This document shows positions 1 to 9,643 of a DNA stretch of 20,836 bases, piece after piece (the first letter of the stretch is position 1; the number at the start of each line of letters is the position of its first letter). Source of the stretch: Azolla caroliniana (Eukaryota; Plantae; Polypodiophyta). Location of the stretch: the NCBI GenBank assembly GCA_043228905.1, contig JBHGNT010000556.1:1-20836 (forward strand), in the 5' to 3' direction. A program made the translations under genes and the position numbers. The notes beneath the pieces are model-generated. The model did no database searches and had not been told where the DNA came from. It worked only from the letters and a program-made list of their open reading frames with translations.

Positions 1-2126
1 CTTACAGGCTGCCTTCCGGCCCGGCGTCCGACGATGCCACCTGAACTCCTGAACTCCTGATGCCCTTGTCACGGTGGCAAACGCTCCTTCAACCAGCTGC
101 CAGGACGCCACCTCTGCAATGTCAGTTTGCCGTACTGTTGAAGCAGATTCGAAAATCCTTCTGATGGTGTTGTGAGCATGTGAGGCCGCAAGTTCCAAAA
201 GCGGTGACTCCGTTCAGGGCGGGGAAGGCGGGGAGCCACGCATCTCCGGCCGCTCCACGGAGTGATGGGACCCTCGAACGGACTTGCTCCATCTCCTGGC
301 GCTCTTGGCCTTGGTAGCTGACTTCATTCATCATATTGTTCGCCGAGGTAGCTTACCGACCCCAACAAGTATGTAGGTTAGAGCGACTGCTGAAGCAGTA
401 TGTACTCAAGCTCTGAGAATGCGCTCCTCGCCGAAGGCAGCATGGCATGCAACAGGCTCATCGTGGACTGAACAGTCTTGCTCTGAAAGCCTCCCCTTGG
501 TCACTGGCTTCTGTTGTCCTGTACCGCTCCAAACTGCAGTAGAACGAATCAGAAAGAAACGCGACTGGCACACCACTGACACACTCAGATGAAGAACGCC
601 CAGGTCGCTTAGCTCCCCCGGCTCCTATTCATGAAGCGACCGCACACTATTACAGTGCGAGAGGTCACTGTAGCCTGTACATGCAAAAGGCGCGCGGATA
701 TCTCAAAACGTTAGAAAGGCGTGGGACCTCGATTTAACCCAAACCCATCGATGTAAGGTCCTGCATCTATTCTGCGAGTCCATTTGCCCAACATTCCGTT
801 TTGCGTGACGCTTGACGTGTGACCCTGACCCTGCTCCATGGCTCAGCATCAACCTGGGTATAGCTGGGTATCAAAGCGCGCGGGACCCGCATACTTCCCA
901 CATTGCATCAGATTGCAACCTCTTTAGCTGCGGCCTCAAATCCAGTCTCAAATCAAAACTTTAGTCGTTTTCGCCCTGTGTATCTAGTCACTGTGTCTTG
1001 GAGCGTCTTCAGATCTGTTCAACGCCAACCTACGCCAACCAGACGGCTCTACTTTCGAAGGTGTGTGGGGCTCCCTATAGGGGCCAGAAGAATGAGAGCC
1101 AGTCGGGTTCAATTGTTCGAAGGGGGGGAATGTTCAATGTTTGTTGACTTTTGAGGCTAGTGCCGGAGCGGCACCGCAGCGGCGTGTCTTGAGCAGTTCT
1201 TGAGCGCTGGAGCATCGGCCATGTATTTCTGTTCCTTCGTTCGGCGCGCGGCCCGGATCGCGGAATTCATGTTGGGCGGACACAAACATCAGAAATCAGA
1301 CCTTGAGCGACTGAGAAGTGAGACCCACCAGGCATGCTGTTCAATAGTACATCGTCGTCAATTCCACTCTACTAGGGTCGATGTAGGGGGTCTCAATTTC
1401 GACTGACAAAGTGGCAATGCAGATGATGAGGATGTCGATGAGACGCGTTAGAGAGGTCTGTGTTCTGTGACCCCTGCCACCGCCGGGCCTGAAGATGCCC
1501 GAACCATCATGGGTCGTGGGCGGTCGAGGCTCATGTCCGAGGAGTTACAGGCGTCAGAAAACTCTATCGCAGGTACGGTGCATTGCATCGCAGATCTTTG
1601 GGGATGCCCGAAACCTCTGGCGTCTCGTTGTAGGTTGTACGTAGCGGGCGGATGCACAAAGTTACCGCTCGGCGCTCGGCGCTGTACGCCAAAACTTGCC
1701 AATCCAACTTGAGGAGCGCGCCAAAAAAAAAAGTTGCGCTGGACAGCGACGAATGTCCCCTCCATCGCAGGACTTTGCGCGCGGTAGTTCGTTTCTCCAC
1801 GCAAGACGTTGAACAGCAAGTTGAGGTACCAAGGTTCGAAGGTGGGAGATCCGGTACTGCAGCTGAGTCGCTCGGTGGCACGAATGTGGCTAATCAGCCT
1901 GAGACAGATAGACAAGCCGACCGCCACAGTACCCACCGTCACCGCCACTGTATGTAGTGTCAATGTTCCAGGTGCCCCTTGAGGAGTACATAAAGGTCAC
2001 GATTCACCGCTGTCATACGAACGCTGTCCTCTGTAACGCTTTGCCACAATTTTTACCGTCTCGACGTCTCCAAAACGCGACACGCCAACACTTGCACTCG
2101 CAGCAACAACCGTATCATCACCTACT

Positions 2127-3348
2127 ATGGCTTATCCGCTCGACCCACCAAGAGCCTCGCTCTGGACTTTGCTTTCGGAGCACCCATACCCCAACGTTCC
2201 CGAGGGACTCGGTCTGTCAGAAGGCGTCTGGAGGGCTTCGCTCCACCCACTCTTCGTTGCAGCTGTGAGCGTCGGCTATCTCGTTTGTGTCAAGACGGCC
2301 AACGCTACTCGCAACAAGGAAGCACCCCGTGATCGCATCAAGGACACCTGGCTCACACAAGCGGTTCTAGCGCACAACGTTGGGCTGGCTGTATACTCGG
2401 CATGGACTGTAAGTTGCCTTGCGGCCACTGACTGCGCTTCTACTGCTGACACTACGCCACTTGCAGGCCGTCTCTACAATGCGCCATCTCAGCAGCTACT
2501 TTGCCAAAGGCAGTGCAGCCGGTGGCTTGGAGGGAGTGCTTGCTGCTTACTGCACGATCCCAACGCATGAGACTGCTGCAACTTCATTCGCAGCTCCCTT
2601 TGGCACTATCACCTGGCTGTTTTACATGAGCAAGCTGTACGAGATCGTAGACTCGCTCATTCTTGCGCTCAAGGGCAAGCATGTCTCCAACCTTCAATCC
2701 TACCACCACGCTGGTGCTATGTGGACGATGTGGTCCGGAGTTCGCTACTCTGCTTCTCCGATTTGGATTTTCGCTCAATGGAACTCGTGAGTGGCAGCTT
2801 GAACGGTATCGCGAGTTGCGTTGCGCTGCCGCTGACGTGCCCCTCACGTCTGCAGAATTGTCCATGCTGCCATGTACACCTTCTATGCAGTCACCTCGCT
2901 CAAGATTAGAGTGCCAAAGGCGCTCAAGCAGACTCTCACTACGATGCAGATCTCTCAGCTCTTCTTTGGCTGGTTCGTGGCTGCCTCTTACCTCGTCCTC
3001 TCCTACCGCCCCGATGCTTTCCCGGACCAGACACTGCCATCGATCGGATCTACGCCAAGTGCCTCGCTAGCCTTCACAGATCTTGTCTCCGCTGGCAATT
3101 CCAGTACTGCTGCACTGGGCTCTCAAAACATCTACGGCACGCCGTCGCTGGACAAGCAGGCCGTGTCTCGAGCGATCGCTGCATCGCTCAATGCCAATGG
3201 CCGTGCACCTTGCGTCTCTTCCACAGGACAAGCGTTCGCAGTCGCTTTGAATTGCGCCTACCTACTGCCGCTCATTTACCTTTTCTGCTCCTTCTACATG
3301 CGCTCTTACCTCAAGAAGAGCTCCGACAAGGCAGCGAAGAGCCAATAA
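2127..3348 (+). CDS. GNS1/SUR4 (ELO) family fatty acid elongase, 3 exons (2127-2408, 2467-2786, 2856-3348)
   Basis: GT-AG introns 2409-2466 and 2787-2855 join three ORFs in frame. ELO motifs present: HNxxLAVYSAWT, FYMSKLYEIVDS, LQSYHH, NSIVHAAMYTFY, LTTMQISQ, LFCSFYMRSY. Confidence 0.93.
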
Positions 3349-3661
3349 GTGGCCAGGCCTTCATTAGAGCCAACCCGGCCAGACACCTCGAATCACCATT
3401 GTTACGCACTTCCAGGGCATCCCGTTCAACACATCACCATTTCCCGACCGCTCTGAGAGCACACTTGTCCGCACGCTTCTCCGGGCTCACATTCTCTCTG
3501 CCTCTCATTCACATCGTCATCATACTCTGTCCGCATCGTCATTCATATTAGCCTAATCGTGTCCTTCCGTGACACTCTCACTCACTCATTGCCTACATGG
3601 CGCTGCAATTCACGTGCATTATCCAATCTCTGCATTGCAGGTTAGCATAGTCCATTTATCC

Positions 3662-5699
3662 TTACGGCCCAGCGTAAACAGCTAGTGCAGCCACCCTCGC
3701 TCTCTCCCACGTGCCTACCCTTGCGCGGGCCCCAACGCCCCACTGATCTGGCGTTTGCTGACGAACACTTGTGGCAATCCTGAAATAGACAGCACAAGCC
3801 GCTCGCAGTCCTGCTCGGGCAGGTGATGACGGCAATTCGCCAAGGGCTGGTTCAGCAGCAACGTAAAGGGCCCTCGCTCGGTCGAGCAGGGCTAGGACGT
3901 GAGGACGAAGTTGGGCAGTAGTTGGCTTGGATACTTCATCCTTATCCGCCATGACCTTGTGTTCGCCCATCAGCCGCACATGACCTGTGGCCAGAGCGTG
4001 AGCCATCCACCAGTCTGCCTGTGGAAGGACAAGATAGCAACGTTTGAGCTCCAAAGCATCGCCGACGACATCTCTTGCAATATTGACGAGCTGAAGAGCC
4101 ACTCCCATCCGCCTAGCCTGCCAGAGCAGATGTTCTGACTCGTTCGTCGGAGGATTCGCACTGATGTCGCGTGGGACTGCGAGGGAGGTGGGGACAGGCT
4201 TACCCGCTCGTCCCAGTACCACACGCACGCACATTTCGCCTACCACTCCAGCTACGCACTGCGCATAGTCAATGAGCTCCTCGTCAGACTGAAAGACGTA
4301 GCCCGTGGCGTTACCACCTAATCCAACGTCCACCTCGTAGCCTCGCAGCAGCTCATGCCACAGCTCTACTGGCAGCAGCTCTCGCAGGCTGATACAAGCT
4401 GAAGCACATGCTCTAAGCTCCTCCAACCGCTGCGAATTTAGCGAGGATTTTTGCCCTTCTCGAGCGTAAGCCGCGATAGAGCCTGTGATGCTTTCTCGCG
4501 AAGCATTGTCATCACCTGATCGCCTGACGGCATCCCCAAAGACGTTGTCGACCAAGCTATGTAGCAGCTGTAACCTCCTTCGCTGTTCCTTTCCCTCGTC
4601 TCCCTCCAATGGAGCATCATCGATGGCATCGTCTGCGGCTCTGCGTCGAATGTCCCACGGCAGCAACCTCGCTGCGCCCGCAAAGCTAGCACTGGCACGC
4701 TTAAGAACGGCCTCCGCTGTCGCTGCATCCTTGTCAGCCTGACTGCGCTGTGCTTTTGGGGCAGCAACAAAGGCAAGCCAGAGGGAGGCTATCGTTTCGA
4801 GGTTGAGGGGAAAGTAGGATGGCGACAGTGGAGATGCCTTGGAAGCGCTGAGCGTCCGAAGGTGCAGGGCGCATGTGTCGAAAGCCAAGGAAGCTGAGAG
4901 AAGTATTAGATTGGTGACCAGGAAGAAGGCTGCCTCTTCAATGGGTAAATCTTTGACTGGAAAGATGCCGAGCGAAGTCGCTTCCTGTCAAGGTATCCAT
5001 CGTATCAGACACAAATCACTGATTATTTGCAACTTGCAGCAAGACTCACAGTGATGTGCCAGGTTCCTCTCCTCATTGCAAACACATCGGCAGCGCACAG
5101 TGTAGCACTGGGAGTCATCCAAGCCAGGGCGTAGATGATCTTCTGCCGCCCCGAGGTCGCCTTCCAAGCGCCTTGTGTGCCCCACCAGAGCAAAGCGATC
5201 GGCAATGAAGCCCACCAGGCGATCATTGACGAGTAGTAGTGATGAGTTCCAGGCTGAACATTGAGGGCTGCGACCACGAAGATGAGCAAGGGAACGAGGA
5301 AGAGCCAGCGCGAATGAGGCTTGGGCGAAGATGGAGCTCCCCATCGTAGTAACAGCGTCGAAAGCAGTGTTTGAATTAATGACTGTATCACAAACTATCG
5401 GCAACTGACCGTCAGCACAGCTGTGCGTATACCTCATCATCATTAGTCTACTCACAAAGGCGTACTCCTCGACTGGCACGTAGCCAACTCTGGCCAGTAC
5501 GCACGAGGGCGGGTAAGTCCAAGCTCCCTGTCGCACAATCTCATTGTCCCAAGGCGTGGTCCACACAAAGGCGATGGTGGGAAGCATGATGAGCTTTGCT
5601 GTGTCCAGAGGCGTGAGAAAGGGCCGTGCGAGTGCGTAGAGCAACGTTAGAGCTGGCAGCGTAAAGCGCAGGTGGAACGAGAAATAGGAGAGCCGACAT
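3662..5699 (-). CDS. crtYB: Bifunctional lycopene cyclase/phytoene synthase (crtYB/al-2/carRA type); as sequenced it has a frameshift right after the start and an internal deletion, so possibly a pseudogene
   Basis: Cyclase repeats [40 protein letters not shown] and [13 protein letters not shown]. Synthase motifs [23 protein letters not shown] and [13 protein letters not shown]. Introns 5395-5455 and 4985-5049 restore the frame. The ATG at 5699 is out of frame with LSYF. Confidence 0.92.
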
Positions 5700-6230
5700 C
5701 CTTCTGGCGGCGCTCTTGTTGATAGCAAAACGAGTATGTCTTGAGGTAGAAGCCGTGGCGAGCGCGACGCTGCACCGACACGTGAGCCATCGAGGGAAAG
5801 GGAAGAGGAGGAGAAGAAGAAGGGGGAGGGTATGTCGAGTGATTGGGTATGACGGAAACTGACGGAGAAAGGTGACCACGTCCGGATGGCACCTGCGACG
5901 CTCGAGTGACCGCAAGTTGAAAGTAGGATGCACAAGATGGAGCAGAGTGATCAATGATTCATGTATCAAGTTGTGGGTGCGCAGAAAAGATGCTGTAGAC
6001 TAGCCGCGGCCGGCTGGGGTTGTCCGGAAGATGCTCATCCAACGGCACACTACGGCACGTCTCTCGTCAGCGGCGCTGCTCCACGCTCTGGGGCAGCCTG
6101 GGACCCTGCAGCTAAATTAATCAGACGTGCAGGTGTTGGTCATCCGCCCGGAGAAGTTCAGATCGAGGCGTTGCTGCTTCGCTTTGCTACCCTCATCCAT
6201 CGCAAGTCATCGATAAGCACGTACAAAGTC
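5700..6230. promoter_or_regulatory. Putative bidirectional promoter between crtYB and crtI
   Basis: About 530 bp between divergent starts. Purine tract 5792-5830 reads as a CT-rich tract on the crtYB strand, typical of fungal transcription-start regions. Confidence 0.55.
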
Positions 6231-8117
6231 ATGTCTGCGGAAGAGCATCAAGTCGAACAGGCTACGGCGGCGGTACGCAAAGATGCAAAGCACGTAGTCA
6301 TCATCGGAGCAGGAGCCGGAGGAACCTGCTTGGCCGCGCGGCTGGCTCACAAGGGCTACAAGGTCACAGTTGTCGAAAAGGTAAGCTGACAAGCAGGCCC
6401 AATCGAAATTGTCATTATGCTAATCGTGCCGTTCGTATGCAGCACGACCAAGTTGGTGGGCGCTGTTCTTTGCTGAGACGAGAGGGTCATCGTTGGGACG
6501 TTGGTCCCTCGCTCTACCTCATGCCCGAAATCTTCGAAAATGCCTTCAAGTCGGTAGATCGGGACATTGCAGATTACGTCAAACTACAACTGGCATCTCC
6601 ATCGTACACCATGCACTATCACGATGGCAAGTCGCTGCAGCTGTCGTCGGATCTCATCGCCATGGGCAAGATGCTAGAGAAGTTTGAGCGTCCTGCCGGT
6701 AATCCTGATCCCCTCGGCTCTTTCATGGGCTTCGTCAAGGAGGCAGGAGATCATTACGAGGAGTCTATCAAACATGTGCTGACCAAGGATTGGAGTAGCT
6801 TGAGTGCACTACTCGATCCAGCCCTCTATCCCATGCTGTTAAGGACCAAGGTACTACACATCTACAGCAGTCTCTACTCGAGAGCCTGCTCATTCTTCTA
6901 CTCCGATCATATTCGGAGGGCATTCACATTCTCCAGCATGTATATGGGCATGTCACCCATGGATGCACCTGCCACATATTCGTTGCTACAATATGCAGAG
7001 TACGCAAAGGGCGTGTGGTACCCCATCGGGGGTTTCCAGACTGTTGTAGCTGCCTTTCAGAAGATTGCAGAGGAGGAGGGCGCTACGTTCAGGTTCAACG
7101 AAAGCGTCAAGAAGATTGTCACTGCTGCAGATGGCAGTGCCAGTGGAATCTTGCTGGAGAGTGGAGAGGAAATTCACGCGGACGTCGTTGTGAGCAATGC
7201 TGACCTTGTTTGGACGGTGAGTGAGGAAGGCGTGCAAAGTGTCTGTCCCAGACTGTCCCAGAGCTCAAATTTTGTCGCTCTCTGTAGTACAACAACCTTC
7301 TGCCACCAAGCTCGTACGCTCGACGCCTGCAGAAGCTGGATCAGACATGCTCATCGATCAGCTTCTACTGGGGCCTCAAGCAAAAAGTTCCCGAATTGAC
7401 GGGGCACAATATCTTTTTGGCCGAGCAGTACAAGGAGAGCTTCGATCAAATCTTCCGCGAAGGGTTGCTTCCTACTGAACCTTCATTCTACGTGAACGTT
7501 CCCTCTAGGCTCGATCCCTCGGCAGCTCCGTCAGGCCGCGACACGCTGGTCATTCTGGTCCCATGTGGACCTTTGCCATTAGCAGGCAAGGGTTCCCCAA
7601 ACCTTCCAGCCACACGCGAAGCTTTTGCTGCCACAACGCAGCGTGCACGAAAGCAAGTGATAGATACGATCAACACTCGCCTCGGTCGAACAGACTTTGA
7701 GAGTCTCATCGAAGTGGAAGAGGTGATGCAACCTCACGATTGGCAGGAGCGCTTCTCACTCTTCAGAGGCTCCATCTTGGGATTGTCGCACACCATTCCT
7801 CAAGTACTATGGTTCAGACCTACGCCTCAGTGAGTTGGCTCTCTGAATGCTAGTTGCAAACCACCTCATGCTGACTAGTGTAACGTGTTCAAAGACATGC
7901 CAAGATCAAGAATCTCTTCTTTGCGGGTGCTTCGACGCAACCTGGAACGGGCGTGCCCGTAGTCGTCGCGGGAAGTGGCGTCGTAGCTGACAAGATTGAT
8001 GACTTTTTGCGCAAAGGAGGAACGTCACAGCAGGGCGGCATCAGCCCCTACTCACTTGTCGCATTCACACTGCTTTTGCTGTTGATTGCTGTGGTGGTAG
8101 CATCTAAGAATCAGTAG
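6231..8117 (+). CDS. crtI: Phytoene desaturase (crtI/al-1/carB type), 4 exons (6231-6380, 6443-7216, 7288-7829, 7895-8117)
   Basis: FAD-binding VVIIGAGAGG...VTVVEK, GGRCS, WDVGPSLYLMP, MYMGMSP, GVWYPIGGF, SSISFYW, SFYVNVPSRLDPSAAP, GSILGLSH, LFFAGASTQPGTGVP. Introns 6381-6442, 7217-7287 and 7830-7894 give an uninterrupted frame to TAG at 8115-8117. Confidence 0.96.
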
Positions 8118-8454
8118 AGATCCTGCTTAAATGAAGTCATTGGCTTAATCGCGTGTTGGCTGTAAATTTGATTATCTGGTGTACAACTATCGAATGGCCT
8201 AGACTGGTAACAACGAGGGGTAATGTTGGGTACATTTCGAGGTGGTAGCACAGTCGTGGATGACGCTGAGAATTGGACGGCAAGAGATTCGGGGGAGCCT
8301 GGTGACCTCGGCCGTGGAAATTTGGGGTATTGGTACGGTGCCGACATCAAAGGTACCCCTTCGACCGAGTGTCGCATTATTATAAGCTACATGGGAAACT
8401 CGTCCTAGCGGTGCTCTTAAAGTTGCAAAGTAAAAGATGCATTCTGCCGTGACC

Positions 8455-9521
8455 CTACATGATTCTGGAGGGTCCAGCGGTTGTCCCCTCTACGTCCTCA
8501 TCCTCTTTCGTATGAAGCACGTAGGCGACCTCATTCCTGATTTCCTTCTTGAGTTTGCTTTCGAGACGCTTTAACTTTCCTTCGTAGTATTTTTCCATAT
8601 TGTCAAGCGCAGCATCAGCATCCTCGCGCACCTGCTTCAATTTGGCATCGAGATCGGCCTGTATCCGCAATTCGAGGGCGGCCAATTCGCTCTCCCAGGT
8701 GGCTGGACTGTCCCCGCTGGTTGTGGAAACGGGCGTGGCTGACAATCGACGCTCGACGCTCTTGCGGCTCGAGAGAACTGGGCCGCGACGTCCAACGACA
8801 GAGACGGCGGCAGCTGAGCGCTTAGGCGGATCAAAGGAGCCGGATGAAGAGGTGCCCACAGCACTTGCCGAGATCGTTCGTCTTGTCGGGCAGATGGATC
8901 GACGATGGCAGGATGCTGATCCCTCATTCGTTTTGCCCTTGGCTTGTCCTTGGCGCCCGCAGCCTTTGAAAGTTTAGAGGAACGTCCAGACCCAGCCTCG
9001 CTGTCCTCTGACAACGACGAAGAGAGATCGTCCAGATCGTCTACGTTTGTTGACTCAAGCTTCGCTCTCTTTCTCTTTGGCCGTTCGTTCTGCCAAGCCA
9101 GCATCTCCGCCTCCTCTTCGCGCTTGAGCACTTCCGCATCCTTGCTGGTCTTTTCAGGCGAGTTAATGGGCAGTGGAGGCACTGACACCGTGGAGGGAGG
9201 CGGAGGCTTGGGCTTGACATTGGGGAAATGAGGAGTGGGTACGCATATGCGACTGCGTGGGTGCCACTTGCCACTGCGACTGGATGCAAAGGTCTCGTAC
9301 TTTGGAACGGGAGGAGGGCCATTGATGGATGTAGCGTGGGTGGAGGAGGTGGCTCGCGATGAACCGGTACTGGAGGATGACGAGGCTTCCCGCCGACGAT
9401 CGGCAGCGTGCGACATGCGTCTTGTGAGGTGCGTTGACGAGCGTGGCCGTTGACTGGATGTATGCGCACTTGGTGGTGGTGGTGGTGATGCTGTGCCATC
9501 ACTGTTGCGAGCGAAGGTCAT
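8455..9521 (-). CDS. Hypothetical protein: S/P-rich disordered N-terminus, basic NLS-like RPKRKR, C-terminal coiled coil; 1-nt frameshift near 8943; start uncertain (9521 or 9416)
   Basis: Overlapping ORFs 8637-9587 and 8455-8859 join if one G is restored (AAG GAC AAG [G]CC AAG GGC AAA = KDKAKGK). Heptad-like ELAALELRIQADLDAKLKQVREDADAALDNMEKYYEGKLKRLESKLKK. Confidence 0.6.
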
Positions 9522-9643
9522 CGAATGCGAACGCGCACGCGCACGCGTAGATGGCACGCGACGAGTGGAGCCGACAATTCCAACCACTCGACGGTTTTGT
9601 GTATCAGCCTGTCCTCACTTCTTCCTCCCGTTCTACTGCAGCC

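Noticed and set aside
40-60. Short tandem repeat CCTGAACT x2.6
   Set aside because: Too short to imply function; ordinary slippage.
903-1963. Several 68-171 aa ORFs on both strands upstream of ELO, including 1448-1963 (-) with a hydrophobic start
   Set aside because: Mostly TTG/GTG starts, no recognisable motifs; expected by chance in GC-rich DNA.
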